In this document: one piece after another, positions 35,162 through 49,816 of the stretch
How the letters are laid out: every line of letters begins with the position of its first letter
How positions within the stretch are numbered: the stretch's first letter is position 1
Source of the DNA: Nitrospirales bacterium
GTDB lineage: Bacteria > Nitrospirota > Nitrospiria > Nitrospirales > UBA8639
Length of the DNA: 64,000 nt
NCBI GenBank assembly: GCA_963422365.1
Contig: OY729426.1
Coordinates: 288,001 to 352,000 of the forward strand
Direction: 5' to 3'
The notes under the pieces: generated by a model
What the model saw: only the letters and a program-made list of their open reading frames with translations
Database searches by the model: none
What the model was told of the DNA's origin: nothing
Translations under genes and position numbers: made by a program

Positions 35162-37470
35162 ATCGTATTACTCGTATATCGCATCTACGCGGTTGCGGCG
35201 TCTTCCGGAATTTCAAGTGGCCGTCAGAACTGCCGGAATTCGGACGTTACAACCTGATCTACGGCTGGAATGGGACTGGCAAGACCACACTGAGCCGATT
35301 GCTTCGCGACCTTGAACTCAGGCGGTCGCCGACAATGGGAGATGCCGTGCTGCGAGATGCCGTGCTGCGTATTGACGGCAGTGATGTCAAAGGCGAGGGC
35401 TTCCCAGAATCGAACCTTCAGGTGCGCGTCTTCAACTCGGATTTCATCAACGAGAATGTGTTTCCTGTGGGCGGCGGCATGCCGCCCATCCTCGTGCTGG
35501 GCGCGGAGAATGTTGAGAAACAGAAGGAAGTTGAACGCCTGAAGAAGAAAAACGCGAAGGCCCAATCGAATCTGGAATCCGCACGCTCTGCGGAACAGGC
35601 GGACCTTGGAAATTTGGATCAGTTCTGTATCGACCGTGCGAAGGTTATTAAAGACACGCTCCGGTCAAGCGGCCCAAACTCGTACAATAACTACGACAAG
35701 ACCAATTTTCGGAATGATGCAGAGAAGATGATCAGTGCCGGTGACAGCGCTACTCACCGCCTGACCGACGCGGAACGCGAGGGGCTACTCGCCCAGCACA
35801 AGGCGACGCCGAAGCCGAAAGTGGCAGAGATCGCCTATGTCCTGCCGGACTTCATCGCGATCACGGACGGCCTTTCGAAACTGCTGAAGGCGACGGTTGT
35901 ATCGGCGGCGATCGAAGCCTTGACAGGTAACCCCAAGCTCGCTGACTGGACCCGACAAGGTCTGGCATTGCACCAGAGTCAAAATGCCGAACGATGCCTG
36001 TTCTGCGAACAACCGTTGCTGGAGGACCGCTTGGCTGCCCTGGAGGCACATTTCAGCGCCCAATATGAGCAGTTCATTCAGCGCCTGGACAAGGAGATCA
36101 ACGAGCTAAAGGCCGCGTCTAAGGCTGCGAAAGAACTACAGTTGCCGAACAAGGCAGAGCTTTACGACGACCTCGGTCCGAAATTTCAGTCTGAGGAGGA
36201 CGGGCTGATGGCAGCGCTGGAGTCGACGCGGGGCTTTCTTGACGCCGCAGTGCAAGCGTTGGAGGACAAGAAGAGTCGGGTTTTCGAGCACGTCAAGCTG
36301 GGACTTGAAGTGCCGCTTGTGGACGCGGGCGCGGTCGAGAAGCTGAACGCGGTGATTCGAAAGCACAATCAGGTGTGCGATGACTTCGAGACTCGGGTCG
36401 AAAAGGCTCAGAGGCTGCTGGCCGCCGATACGGTCGCAGCAGATTTGGAAGAGTTCATGCGCCGCGGGGATGCCGCAGACGGTGCGACGGCCGATGTGCA
36501 AACGAAGACGCAAGAGGTACAACGCTTGAATGATGAAATCGACAGATTGGAACGGGAAATCGTTGAGTATCGCCAGCCTGCCGAGGAACTGAACAAGGAT
36601 CTCCACAAGTATCTCGGCCATGACGAGCTATACCTGGAAATCAAGGAGACCGGCTACGCAATCACACGTGGCGGTGAGCAAGCACGGTCTTTGAGTGAGG
36701 GCGAAACCAAGGCGATCGCCCTTTTGTACTTCCTGAAGTCGCTGAAAGACACGAGATTTACGCTTGCCGATGGCGTCGTCGTGCTTGACGACCCAGTGTC
36801 GAGTCTCGATGCGAACGCCTTGTTCCTCGCCTTCGGCTTTATTCGGCAACGCACGGAGAACGCGGGTCAACTGTTCGTCTTGACTCACAATTTTTCCTTC
36901 TTCCGACAGATCCGCAATTGGTTTCACCATTTGAAGGGACAGCGAAGGAACGATATAAACCAACGGCCTGCTCGATTCTTCATGCTCGACTCTACTCTGG
37001 ACGAGAACACACGGAGCAGCGCTATTCGACATCTCGATCCTCTGCTTGAGCAGTACGATTCGGAGTACCAATACCTATTCGCTCGCGTCCATCGGGCGTC
37101 CACCGAATTGCCTTCGCAGGGTCTCGAGCAGAACTATGTCCTCCCGAATATGGCCAGACGCATGTTGGAAGCCTTTCTCGCGTTCCGTCAGCCGCAGGTC
37201 TCAGGGGAGCTGTGGAAGAAACTAAAAACGGTTCCGTTCGACGAGGTAAAGAAGATCCGAATTCTCCGGTTCCTGCACACACACTCGCACAGCATTGCAG
37301 TCGGAGAACCGGAGCATGACCTGACAGCGCTCGCCGAGGGTCCGGCTGTTCTCAAAGACCTGTTGGAGATGATCGAGTCGCTGGACGAAAAGCACTTCTC
37401 GGCAATGGTGCAACTTGTAGCCCCGACGGCAGATACCGATGAGGCGGAAGACGGGGCTGTAACGGCATGA
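35158..37470 (+). CDS. rloC: RloC-like ABC ATPase/zinc-hook/HEPN anticodon nuclease
   Basis: [12 protein letters not shown] in coiled coil, [24 protein letters not shown]...HTHSH; between hsdS and hsdR. Confidence 0.8.
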   Translation: MNRITRISHLRGCGVFRNFKWPSELPEFGRYNLIYGWNGTGKTTLSRLLRDLELRRSPTMGDAVLRDAVLRIDGSDVKGEGFPESNLQVRVFNSDFINENVFPVGGGMPPILVLGAENVEKQKEVERLKKKNAKAQSNLESARSAEQADLGNLDQFCIDRAKVIKDTLRSSGPNSYNNYDKTNFRNDAEKMISAGDSATHRLTDAEREGLLAQHKATPKPKVAEIAYVLPDFIAITDGLSKLLKATVVSAAIEALTGNPKLADWTRQGLALHQSQNAERCLFCEQPLLEDRLAALEAHFSAQYEQFIQRLDKEINELKAASKAAKELQLPNKAELYDDLGPKFQSEEDGLMAALESTRGFLDAAVQALEDKKSRVFEHVKLGLEVPLVDAGAVEKLNAVIRKHNQVCDDFETRVEKAQRLLAADTVAADLEEFMRRGDAADGATADVQTKTQEVQRLNDEIDRLEREIVEYRQPAEELNKDLHKYLGHDELYLEIKETGYAITRGGEQARSLSEGETKAIALLYFLKSLKDTRFTLADGVVVLDDPVSSLDANALFLAFGFIRQRTENAGQLFVLTHNFSFFRQIRNWFHHLKGQRRNDINQRPARFFMLDSTLDENTRSSAIRHLDPLLEQYDSEYQYLFARVHRASTELPSQGLEQNYVLPNMARRMLEAFLAFRQPQVSGELWKKLKTVPFDEVKKIRILRFLHTHSHSIAVGEPEHDLTALAEGPAVLKDLLEMIESLDEKHFSAMVQLVAPTADTDEAEDGAVTA

Positions 37471-37518
37471 AATCCGCATTGACCAGGCTAAGAAGATAGT
37501 GGAGGTTGTGATATAACC

Positions 37519-38670
37519 ATGCCGCGTGTCTTCATCAAGCCCGAACTGCTCCGCTGGGCGCGGGAGCGGGCCGGTATGACGCTGGATGATCTCGCGAATA
37601 GATTTGCCAAGCTCCCGGAATGGGAGAGCGGTGAGACTCAGCCCACCCTGAAACAGTTGGAAGCATTTGCCCGCGTCGTCCATGTACCGTTCGGCTACCT
37701 GTTTCTCGCCGAGCCTCCGCAGGAATCGGCGCCCATTCCAGACTTCCGCACCCTCGCTGGGCAGGCCGTGACACGCCCGAGCCCCGATCTTCTGGACATG
37801 ATCTACGCCTGTCAGGAACGGCAAGCTTGGTATCGCGACTTCGCCCGGTCCACGTGGCAACCCGAGCTCGGTTTCGTCGGCAGCGCCACGATGGAGACTG
37901 AGCCGGAGACAGCAGCGGCCCGCATCAGCGAAACACTGGACTTCGCCTCGACGGCCCGACGGCAATGCCCGACCTGGAGCGATGCCTTGCGGCTGTTCAT
38001 CCGCAAGGCTGAAGATGTCGGCGTGCTGGTCATGGTCAGTGGCGTTGTGGGGAGCAACAACCATCGTCCTCTCGATCCAGGCGAGTTTCGCGGCTTTGCG
38101 TTGTCCGACCCGCTGGCGCCGTTGGTCTTCGTCAATGGCGCGGATACAAAGGCGGCGCAGATGTTTACCCTTGCCCACGAGCTTGCACATCTGTGGCTGG
38201 GTGCGTCGGCTCTATCGAACAGCGAGGCGCTACTGAGGCCGGGGTTCAGTCGGGAGGAGGTCTGGTGCAATGCGGTGGCGGCGGAGTTGCTGCTCCCGCT
38301 CGTCGACCTCAGGCCCGAATTGCGTGACGACGAGGACCTCCCCGAAGCGCTGTCCCGGTTGGCCCAGTCCTTCAAGGTCAGCACCCTGGTGATCCTGCGG
38401 CGTCTGCTCGATGCCGGCCGGCTCGACCGCAGGCTTTTCGATATCGCCTGGGAGCAGGAAATCGCGCGTTTCCGCAAGCCCACGCAACCCGGCGGAGGCG
38501 GCGATTTCTACCGCACCACCTTGGCCCGCGTGAGCCATCGATTCGCCCGTGCGGTCGTGGGCAGCGCAAAGGAAGGACACACCCTCTATCGGGACGCCTT
38601 CCGGATGCTTGGCGTATCGAAGACCGAGACGCTCAACAGGCTCGGTCGCGAGGCCGGACCGATGGCATGA
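37519..38670 (+). CDS. XRE-HTH plus ImmA/IrrE metallopeptidase
   Basis: LRWARERAG, WESG..PTLKQL, FTLAHELAH. Confidence 0.9.
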   Translation: MPRVFIKPELLRWARERAGMTLDDLANRFAKLPEWESGETQPTLKQLEAFARVVHVPFGYLFLAEPPQESAPIPDFRTLAGQAVTRPSPDLLDMIYACQERQAWYRDFARSTWQPELGFVGSATMETEPETAAARISETLDFASTARRQCPTWSDALRLFIRKAEDVGVLVMVSGVVGSNNHRPLDPGEFRGFALSDPLAPLVFVNGADTKAAQMFTLAHELAHLWLGASALSNSEALLRPGFSREEVWCNAVAAELLLPLVDLRPELRDDEDLPEALSRLAQSFKVSTLVILRRLLDAGRLDRRLFDIAWEQEIARFRKPTQPGGGGDFYRTTLARVSHRFARAVVGSAKEGHTLYRDAFRMLGVSKTETLNRLGREAGPMA

Positions 38671-39173
38671 CCTCATATCTCCTGGACACCAACGTTTTCA
38701 TCCAGGCCAAGAACCTGCACTACGGGTTCGATATTTGTCCCGGATTTTGGGACTGGCTGGTGGAACGGAATCTGGCAGGGCTGGTGGCGAGCATCGAGAA
38801 GGTCGCCGACGAACTGCGCACCGGCGACGACGATCTGATGGCTTGGTCCAGAGGGCGAGGAGATGGTTTCTTTCTGAAGCCCGACGATGCCGTTGCGGAA
38901 GCGCTCGGGATCGTAAGCGGCTGGGCCAACGGCGCCGGCTATGAACCCGGCGCAATCTCAACCTTTCTGCAGATGGCCGACTACTGGCTTGTCGCTCATG
39001 CACTGGCCCATGACTGCATCGTCGTTACGCACGAAGTTCCCGCAGATACCATCCGCAAAATCAAGATTCCGAACGCCTGCATCGGCCTCGACCTGCGCTG
39101 CATGAATCCCTACACGATGCTACGGCAGGAGCGCGCGAGGTTCGTTTTGGAGAAAACCGGAGCGACCACTTGA
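38667..39173 (+). CDS. DUF4411 PIN-like protein
   Basis: YLLDTNVFIQAKN.HY.FDICPGFWDWL, ADYWLVAHA, VVTHE, KIPNAC. Confidence 0.88.
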   Translation: MTSYLLDTNVFIQAKNLHYGFDICPGFWDWLVERNLAGLVASIEKVADELRTGDDDLMAWSRGRGDGFFLKPDDAVAEALGIVSGWANGAGYEPGAISTFLQMADYWLVAHALAHDCIVVTHEVPADTIRKIKIPNACIGLDLRCMNPYTMLRQERARFVLEKTGATT

Positions 39174-39250
39174 TGCAGAACTTCACCGAGAACGAGGTTG
39201 AAGCCGCCGCCGCCACTGGCTGCTCGTGGATGACGTGACGGTGGACCGGA
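39173..39250 (+). pseudogene. Internally deleted hsdR 5'-end remnant
   Basis: MQNFTENEVEAAA start; TGCTCGTGGATGACGTGACGGTGGA (39221) matches TGCTCGTGGATGGCGTGACGGTGGA (41341). Confidence 0.7.
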
Positions 39251-39288
39251 ATATGTGTTTCGCTCCGAAACCCTATTGGATTTGACCT

Positions 39289-40383
39289 ATGCCCCAGCTA
39301 GAACGCCTTACCGTCCGCGGTTTCAAGTCCATCCGCGCGCTCGAAGATTTCGAGTTGCGGCCATTGAATGTGCTGCTCGGGGCCAACGGGGCCGGCAAGA
39401 GCAACTTCATCAATCTGTTCCGCATGCTGGCCGAGTTGAGCGAACAGCGCCTGCAACGATTCGTCGCCGAACAGGACGGCCCGGACGCGCTGCTGTTCGG
39501 CGGACGCAGGCAAACGGCCAGTCTGGATGCGGAATTCGTCTTCGGGAGAAACGGCTACGGCTTCTCGCTCGTACCGGCAGGCGACAGCCTGATTTTCGAT
39601 CGGGAGGAGACGATTTTTTTCGGTGATGTATGTCCACAGGTAGAACACGCGCTGGGGAGGGGCCATCGGGAAGCATTTCTGCCGGAAATGGTCGACGACG
39701 ACACCTTCGCCCCGTATGTCCTGCCTGCCATTCAAGGCTGGCGTCTCTACCACTTTCACGACACCAGCGCAACGGCGCCCGCGCGACAAGCATCGGCGGT
39801 GCGGGACAATCGTCGCTTGAAACCGGACGCAGGCAATCTGGCGCCGTTCCTGCGTTGCCTTCGGGAACGGCATGAGGCGGAATTCCAACGTATTGTCCGT
39901 ACGGTACGCATGGTGGCACCTTTCTTCGGAGACTTTTTCTACCGCAAGGAACCGGGGGAGCGCATCGAACTCGAGTGGTCGGAAGCGAACGACCCGGATA
40001 CCGTACGCGGCCCGCGCCAGCTCTCCGACGGCACCCTGCGCTTCATCTGCCTGACGACGCTGCTTCTGCAACCGGCCCGTCTACAACCGACTACCATCCT
40101 CATCGACGAACCCGAGATCGGGCTGCATCCTTACGCGCTGGCTGTGCTCGGCGCCCTGCTGCGGCAAGCCAGCGAAACAAAGCAGCTCATCGTCGCCACG
40201 CAATCGGTTGAACTGGTCCATGAGTTGGCACCGGAGGATGTGGTGGTGGTCGATCGCGAAAACGGCACGTCCGTGTTCGAACGGCTGGATTCGGAACGCT
40301 TGGGCGAATGGCTGAAGGACTACGCGCTGGGCGATCTGTGGAAGATGAATATCCTCGGCGGGAGGCCAAGGCGCGATGGTTGA
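39289..40383 (+). CDS. ABC/AAA_21-type ATPase
   Basis: GANGAGKSN, LSDGTLRF, IDEPEIGLHP, ATQS. Confidence 0.9.
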   Translation: MPQLERLTVRGFKSIRALEDFELRPLNVLLGANGAGKSNFINLFRMLAELSEQRLQRFVAEQDGPDALLFGGRRQTASLDAEFVFGRNGYGFSLVPAGDSLIFDREETIFFGDVCPQVEHALGRGHREAFLPEMVDDDTFAPYVLPAIQGWRLYHFHDTSATAPARQASAVRDNRRLKPDAGNLAPFLRCLRERHEAEFQRIVRTVRMVAPFFGDFFYRKEPGERIELEWSEANDPDTVRGPRQLSDGTLRFICLTTLLLQPARLQPTTILIDEPEIGLHPYALAVLGALLRQASETKQLIVATQSVELVHELAPEDVVVVDRENGTSVFERLDSERLGEWLKDYALGDLWKMNILGGRPRRDG

Positions 40384-41065
40384 GGTAATCGTCGTCTGCG
40401 AAGGCCGGACCGAGGAGACCTTTGTGCGTGAGGTGCTAGGCGCAGAGCTTGCGCACCGGAGTGTATTTCTCCAGCCGCGATTGATGACGACCTCCCCGGG
40501 GCATCGCGGCGGTGCGCTCAACCGCGACAGGGTCGTGCGCTATCTGTGTACTACGTTGCGAGAACGCCGGGATGTCTATGTCACCACGCTGTTCGATCTG
40601 TACGGCTTGCCTGGCGGTTTTCCTGGACAAGGCAGCTCCGACGGAAAGGCCGACCCCATCGAACGCGCGGTATCCATCGAGCAGGACTTGCATGAAATCG
40701 TGGTGCGGAGCGCCGAATGCCGACCGGACCGATTTTTACCCCACGTTCAACCCCACGAGTTCGAATCCCTTCTTTTTTCCGACGTCGCACAATTCGCGGA
40801 AGTAGAACCGGACTGGCAGCCCTTCTTGGGCGTATTGCGGAATATCCAACAAACGGTCCCAAGCCCGGAACACATCAACGACGGTCAGGATACGCACCCT
40901 TCGGCTCGCTTAAGGCAAGTTTTGGGCGCTTCATACCAAAAAGTATTGCACGGTGCCGCCGTATCGGCCCAAATCGGCCTCGAACGCATTCGCAACGAGT
41001 GCCGTCATTTCGGGGAATGGCTGGCCCGGTTGGAAGAACTTCCTCCGCTGCGTGAGGACAACTAG
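40376..41065 (+). CDS. DUF4276-family (TOPRIM-like) protein
   Basis: [37 protein letters not shown]. Confidence 0.8.
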   Translation: MVEVIVVCEGRTEETFVREVLGAELAHRSVFLQPRLMTTSPGHRGGALNRDRVVRYLCTTLRERRDVYVTTLFDLYGLPGGFPGQGSSDGKADPIERAVSIEQDLHEIVVRSAECRPDRFLPHVQPHEFESLLFSDVAQFAEVEPDWQPFLGVLRNIQQTVPSPEHINDGQDTHPSARLRQVLGASYQKVLHGAAVSAQIGLERIRNECRHFGEWLARLEELPPLREDN

Positions 41066-41069
41066 CGCC

Positions 41070-44300
<3,231 letters not shown>

Positions 44301-44351
44301 GTTGCGTGTGAAAGTTATTGTAGCTCAGGACAGGGGGGAAGAAATTTTCTG

Positions 44352-44567
44352 CTATGACGTGTCCTGATATTCTTCGTGCCAAGCCATCTGAATGGCTTCG
44401 AGTTGGTTTTCGTTGGAACTCTTGGGATCATCCGTGAATTCAGGCCAGGCCACAATCCACGCATGCAGATCGGTAAAGCGAACCATCAGCGGATCAAGGT
44501 CCGGATGTTCTTCATGGAGTCGAATCGCTATGTCTTCGGCCATATCCCACGTTAACTCTTGAGACAT
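44352..44567 (-). CDS. iscX: Fe-S assembly protein IscX
   Basis: LTW....DIAI.L...RFTDLH.W...LEAIQMAW. Confidence 0.9.
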   Translation of the reverse strand: MSQELTWDMAEDIAIRLHEEHPDLDPLMVRFTDLHAWIVAWPEFTDDPKSSNENQLEAIQMAWHEEYQDTS

Positions 44568-44596
44568 GTGGTTCTCCTTGTCGCTGCGTCGCACAT

Positions 44597-46420
44597 TCAA
44601 TCCGTCACTTCGGACAGTTTTTTGCTTTCGAGTGCTTCTTTGAGCGTGGCATCCATTAAGACTTCGGCCAGGTGATGGGTCATTTTTTCCACGTCGGAAA
44701 TCTTGGCCCGAATCAGTCGATGATCTTCCTGATCTCTTGCGAGTCGTAGTTCTTCGATGGCGTTGCGAATGGATTGGATTTCTTCCGTCGCAATCAAATC
44801 CGTTCCCCGTTTCAGCGACTTCTCGGTGGCCATCATGATGGCGTCGGCCTCTGTCTTCGCCTCGATCACCTGACGAGCCTTCATATCCTCCGCCGCAAAT
44901 TGGCATGATTCCCGAATCATGGTTTCGACTTCGTCATCCGTCAGCCCATAGGATGGTTTGACTGCAACGGATTGCGATTCGCCGGTCCGAATATCGGACG
45001 CCGTGACGTTGAGAATGCCATTCGCATCGATCAGAAATGTCACGGCAATACGAGGCACGGCTGCCGGCAACGGCGGGACATTGAGCTGAAATCTGGCCAG
45101 GCTTCTATTGTCTTTCACTAGCTCGCGTTCGCCTTGCAAAATATGAATATCCACAGCGGTTTGGCCATCGACATAGGTGGTAAACATTTCCTTGGCACTC
45201 GTGGGGATGGTCGTATTCCGACGAATCAAGGTGCTCATGACATTGCCCATGGTTTCAATGCCCAAGGACAACGGGGTCACGTCGAGCAAGAGCATGTCTT
45301 TGTTCTCTCCGGCCAGAATGCCGGCTTGGACTGCAGCCCCCAGCGCGACGACTTCATCGGGATTCAGATCACAATGGGGCGTCTTCTCAAAAAGCTCTTG
45401 AACGCGGGATCGAATCAACGGCATCCTGGTGCTGCCGCCGACCAGGACCACTTCGTCGATTTGACCGGTCTCCAATCCCGCATCACTCAATGCGCGGCGA
45501 CAGGGGGTCATGGTTTGTTCGGCCAGGTCCAGGATCAAGGATTCGAATTCATCACGTGACCACGTGCGTTCATAAGTCCCTTTTCCATTGGGAAGGGAAA
45601 AGGCCATAGTAGCCTGCGGCTCATCCGACAATCGGATTTTGGTCTTCTCGGCTTCAAGACGAACGGTTTGCATCAGTTCCAGCGAATCTTCCACTTTGAC
45701 GCCATGCCGAGCATCGACACCCTGTATGACCGCATCGACCAACCGTCGATCGAAATCGTCTCCGCCGAGATGCGTGTTCCCGTTGGTCGCGAGCACCTCG
45801 AAGATGCCATCCTTGAGTTTCAGGATGGAGATATCAAAGGTTCCGCCTCCAAGATCATACACGGCCACGAACCCCTGCGTGTCCTTTTGCAGACCATAGG
45901 CCAACGACGCCGCAGTCGGTTCGTTGATGATGCGCAGCACGTCCAAGCCGGCAATGAGGCCGGCATCTTTCGTCGCTTGTCGCTGGCTGTCATTGAAATA
46001 CGCCGGGACCGTAATGACGGCTTTGGTAATGTCCTCACCCAGATGCGCTTCTGCCCGAAGCTTGAGTTCTTTTAAAATCATGGCGGAGACTTGCGGAGGA
46101 GAGTAGGTTTTCTCTCCGACTTGAATGCGAATCACTCCGCCTTTTTCCTGTAAGGTATACGGGAAATATTTCAATTCTTCCGCCACGTCCGCCACGACTT
46201 TCCCCATGAACCGTTTCACGGAATATATCGTGCGGGACGGATCGCGGACGAGATATTCCTTGGCAGGATCTCCGACCAAGAACCCATTATCCGTGAGGCC
46301 GACGATCGAAGGGACCTTGGCTTGGCCATGTTTTCCGAGTATGACCTGCGGACGGTCACCAGCCATATACGCGACTAATGAATTCGTCGTTCCAAGGTCA
46401 ATGCCGACTATCGGTGCCAT
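44597..46420 (-). CDS. hscA: Fe-S chaperone HscA
   Basis: Hsp70 motifs GIDLGTTNS, DLGGGTFD; VKPSYGL; isc context. Confidence 0.92.
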   Translation of the reverse strand: MAPIVGIDLGTTNSLVAYMAGDRPQVILGKHGQAKVPSIVGLTDNGFLVGDPAKEYLVRDPSRTIYSVKRFMGKVVADVAEELKYFPYTLQEKGGVIRIQVGEKTYSPPQVSAMILKELKLRAEAHLGEDITKAVITVPAYFNDSQRQATKDAGLIAGLDVLRIINEPTAASLAYGLQKDTQGFVAVYDLGGGTFDISILKLKDGIFEVLATNGNTHLGGDDFDRRLVDAVIQGVDARHGVKVEDSLELMQTVRLEAEKTKIRLSDEPQATMAFSLPNGKGTYERTWSRDEFESLILDLAEQTMTPCRRALSDAGLETGQIDEVVLVGGSTRMPLIRSRVQELFEKTPHCDLNPDEVVALGAAVQAGILAGENKDMLLLDVTPLSLGIETMGNVMSTLIRRNTTIPTSAKEMFTTYVDGQTAVDIHILQGERELVKDNRSLARFQLNVPPLPAAVPRIAVTFLIDANGILNVTASDIRTGESQSVAVKPSYGLTDDEVETMIRESCQFAAEDMKARQVIEAKTEADAIMMATEKSLKRGTDLIATEEIQSIRNAIEELRLARDQEDHRLIRAKISDVEKMTHHLAEVLMDATLKEALESKKLSEVTD

Positions 46421-46443
46421 ACGCTCCTTCCAGATTCGGCTGT

Positions 46444-47172
46444 TTAGCTTGTCGCCGCCGCCAAATCATTCACGATATTCTTCACATACGTGCGGTGCGA
46501 TAAAATTTCCTGCATACCCGTGAGCACCGCGTCCTGTTGCGCCTGAACGGTTGCATCGTCCGCGGCTTCGGTTTGCAGGGCATCCCATCGGCTGAACTGC
46601 TCCAACAGGCGACGTTCCATTTGCGCTTTTCTCGCTTCGAGCGTCCGGCGGTCGGCTTGCAATTTCTTCAGCAGTTCTTGCCGCCGTTCGGCGGACCCCT
46701 CGGAAGGCAGTGACCGAAATTCTTCTAACCCCTCTTGAAGCTCTAAAATTTCATCGAACAGGTCAGCCGGAGGGGAGGTCCGAATATCTTTTGCCGATCC
46801 TGCTTCGAGACGAATGAGGTACTCGGCTCGTTGGACGGGATCTTTCAACGTCCGATACGCCGAGTTCAACAATGCGGTGTTTCCGAGACTGATCGCCTGC
46901 TCACCGTCGTCTTTCGTCACGAAATAGTCAGGATGAAAGCTTCGGCTCAAGGCGTAGAAGGTTTCTTCAAGCGCCTGTTCGTCGAGGGTTAATTTGCGAG
47001 GCAGGTTCAGACAGGTAAAATAGTCGAGTTCCTTGGAAAGCGGTTGTACCTTGACGCACTGACCACAAAAATACTCGCCGGACACTTCAGATTGACAATG
47101 CCAACACATACTGCGGGCCATCGGCAGATCGCGGGTCCGTGCTGAAGCCGGTTGCGGTATGTCCTTGCTCAT
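46444..47172 (-). CDS. hscB: Co-chaperone HscB with N-terminal CxxC pair
   Basis: CWHC...CGQC, J-domain HPD. Confidence 0.92.
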   Translation of the reverse strand: MSKDIPQPASARTRDLPMARSMCWHCQSEVSGEYFCGQCVKVQPLSKELDYFTCLNLPRKLTLDEQALEETFYALSRSFHPDYFVTKDDGEQAISLGNTALLNSAYRTLKDPVQRAEYLIRLEAGSAKDIRTSPPADLFDEILELQEGLEEFRSLPSEGSAERRQELLKKLQADRRTLEARKAQMERRLLEQFSRWDALQTEAADDATVQAQQDAVLTGMQEILSHRTYVKNIVNDLAAATS

Positions 47173-47257
47173 TCCATCACTGACGAAGCGGCATGGGAAA
47201 CCTTCACCATGCCCGCAGGGTTCTCTCCCTAATGGTCAAACAACCCGGTTACCTGTC

Positions 47258-47611
47258 TTATGCTGAAAACGATTCTCCGCACCCACAGGTCTTAGACGCG
47301 TTGGGATTCAGAAATTTGAATCCTCCACTGACCATATCTTTTTGATAGTCAAGCTGCATACCATCAAGGTAAATGGCGCTCTTCGCATCGACAATCACTT
47401 TCACGCCGGCCTGCTCGCACACCGTATCGAACTCGCCGATTTTTTCATCAAAATTGACCGTATAACTTAACCCGGAACACCCGCCCCCTTTGACTCCCAA
47501 ACGAAGGGCCCCTTCGGCCAGATCTTGTATATCCATGAGTCGTTTTACTTCAGCAACCGCGGCCTCCGTCAACCTGACGAGGGGGGTCTGAGTGGTTTGT
47601 GTCGTCTCCAT
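47258..47611 (-). CDS. iscA: IscA
   Basis: GGGCSGLSY, TCGCGESF. Confidence 0.92.
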   Translation of the reverse strand: METTQTTQTPLVRLTEAAVAEVKRLMDIQDLAEGALRLGVKGGGCSGLSYTVNFDEKIGEFDTVCEQAGVKVIVDAKSAIYLDGMQLDYQKDMVSGGFKFLNPNASKTCGCGESFSA

Positions 47612-47637
47612 TACTTCGCTCCTTGCAATTCCACGTG

Positions 47638-48057
47638 TTAGGCACCGGCCGAAGCGGCTGGTTCTTCGGTTTTCGCTTCGGTGTCCGCTTTCTGTTTGTA
47701 ATCATTCAAGGCGGCTTTAATCGCATCTTCCGCCAACACGGAACAGTGGATTTTGACCGGGGGGAGGTTTAGCTCCTGCACGATCTCGGTATTTTTAATT
47801 TGTCCCGCTTCATCGACGGTTTTACCTTTCAACCACTCCGTTGCCAAACTGGAACTGGCAATGGCCGACCCGCACCCGAAGGTTTTGAATTTCGCATCCA
47901 CGATGGTGTCGTTTTCAACTTTAATTTGCAATTTCATCACGTCACCGCATTCGGGGGCCCCGACAATTCCGGTCCCCACGCCATCTTCCTGTTTCTTGAA
48001 CGATCCCATGTTGCGTGGACTGTTATAATGATCAATCACTTTTTCACTGTATGCCAT
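47638..48057 (-). CDS. iscU: Fe-S scaffold IscU
   Basis: GAPECGD, FGCGSA, LPPVKIHCS. Confidence 0.96.
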   Translation of the reverse strand: MAYSEKVIDHYNSPRNMGSFKKQEDGVGTGIVGAPECGDVMKLQIKVENDTIVDAKFKTFGCGSAIASSSLATEWLKGKTVDEAGQIKNTEIVQELNLPPVKIHCSVLAEDAIKAALNDYKQKADTEAKTEEPAASAGA

Positions 48058-48122
48058 GATACGACCCTCCTTCTCCACAGAAATTTATAACAACGGTATC
48101 TTCGAATAATCTCATGCTCTGC

Positions 48123-49337
48123 CTAATGAGCCGCCCATTGGACTGACTTGAGGTCGACCCCTTCCTTCGCCATTTCATAGAGGGGCGACATTTCGCGAAG
48201 ATGATTGACTGCCTGAATCATCCGAGTAATCGTATATTCCACTTCTTCCGGTGTCGTAAACCGACCGATACCGAATCGAATGGAGGAATGCGCTAAATCG
48301 GACCCGACTCCCAAGGCCCGAAGGACATAGGATGGCTCAAGAGTGGCCGAGGTGCAAGCCGATCCTGACGACAACGCGATTTCTTTGACCCCCATCAATA
48401 AGGCTTCCCCTTCGACATACGCAAAACTGAGATTCAGATTCCCCGGGAGCCGTTCCGTAGGGTGTCCATTGAGATAAACTTCCTCCAAGACAGCCGTGAT
48501 GCCGTCGTGCAGACGATCACGAAGGGCCATCATGCGAATGGACTCCGTCGGCATCTCTTGCACACACAGTTCAATGGCTTTTCCAAACCCGATAATGAGC
48601 GGAACCGGGAGCGTGCCCGATCGCATCCCTCGCTCATGACCGCCGCCGTCGATCATCGGTGACAAGCGGACCCGAGGAGCTTTTCGTCGCACGTACAGTG
48701 CGCCGATGCCTTTGGGTCCGTAAATTTTATGGGCGGTAAAGGACATCAGATCAACTCCCAGTTTCTGAACGTCCACCGGGATTTTCCCGACGCCTTGCGT
48801 GGCGTCACAATGAAAGAGCACGCCCTGTTCCTTCGCAATCTTGCCGATCTCTTGGATGGGATGAATCGTGCCGATTTCATTATTCGCCAGCATGACCGAA
48901 ATCAAAATGGTTTTATCCGTGATGGCCTTCCGCACGTCATCCGGATCGACCCTGCCGGTTTTATCGACAGATAAGTACGTCACCTGTATGCCCTTTTTCT
49001 CCAATGACTTCGCCGGATCGATCACCGCGCGGTGTTCCGTCGAACTGGTGATGATATGATCACCTTTCTCCTTATACATTTCGACCACACCCTTCAGCGC
49101 CAGATTATCGGATTCGGTGGCGCCACTTGTGAACACGATTTCCTTGGCATCGGCATTAATGAGCTTGGCAATATTTTTGCGCACTTGATCCACCGCCTCT
49201 TCGGCTTCCCAGCCGAAGGTATGATTCCGACTCGCGGAATTGCCAAACTTTTCAGTGAAATATGGGAGCATCACATCCACCACACGAGGATCGCAAGGCG
49301 TGGTCGAATGGTTGTCCATATAAATGGGTAACTTCAT
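48123..49337 (-). CDS. iscS: Cysteine desulfurase IscS
   Basis: [23 protein letters not shown]. Confidence 0.96.
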   Translation of the reverse strand: MKLPIYMDNHSTTPCDPRVVDVMLPYFTEKFGNSASRNHTFGWEAEEAVDQVRKNIAKLINADAKEIVFTSGATESDNLALKGVVEMYKEKGDHIITSSTEHRAVIDPAKSLEKKGIQVTYLSVDKTGRVDPDDVRKAITDKTILISVMLANNEIGTIHPIQEIGKIAKEQGVLFHCDATQGVGKIPVDVQKLGVDLMSFTAHKIYGPKGIGALYVRRKAPRVRLSPMIDGGGHERGMRSGTLPVPLIIGFGKAIELCVQEMPTESIRMMALRDRLHDGITAVLEEVYLNGHPTERLPGNLNLSFAYVEGEALLMGVKEIALSSGSACTSATLEPSYVLRALGVGSDLAHSSIRFGIGRFTTPEEVEYTITRMIQAVNHLREMSPLYEMAKEGVDLKSVQWAAH

Positions 49338-49816
49338 GATGGGACTCCTTGTGGCTTTAAAGATTTGACGAGAAGCAGGGGTGTTTCCTCAACTAATAAA
49401 TCTTCAATGGACATGCTGTTCAGCAATTGGAAGATAGTTTCTTGAATTTTGAAAAGCGGAGTTCGAATATTACAGCGGTCCATTTGCTCACACTGGGATT
49501 GATCATTTTTTTCATGAGAACAATCCGTTAATCCCAAGGGACCTTCTATGACTTCCAGCACTTGTGCCATGGTAATGTCTCTGGGTTCACGCCCCAACAC
49601 ATATCCTCCTTTGGGTCCATTATGATGACTTTCGATCAGTTGATGCCTGGCAAGAGTCTGCAGCACTTTCGCCAATAATTCCAAAGGGATATGATGTTCT
49701 TCGGCAATTTCCTTGGTATTCACCACACGTGGGTGGGCATCGATTCCACTTTGAACCGTTGCTATATACTGAAGAGCCAGTAAGGCATAATCAGCTTTTT
49801 TCGAAAGCTTCAGCAC
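49334..49816 (-). CDS. iscR: Rrf2-family regulator (IscR-like)
   Basis: GPKGGY wing, three Cys; heads the isc operon. Confidence 0.85.
   Translation of the reverse strand: MLKLSKKADYALLALQYIATVQSGIDAHPRVVNTKEIAEEHHIPLELLAKVLQTLARHQLIESHHNGPKGGYVLGREPRDITMAQVLEVIEGPLGLTDCSHEKNDQSQCEQMDRCNIRTPLFKIQETIFQLLNSMSIEDLLVEETPLLLVKSLKPQGVPS

Noticed and set aside
44568..44906. Long N-terminal extension of iscX
   Set aside because: Overlaps hscA; RBS supports ATG 44567
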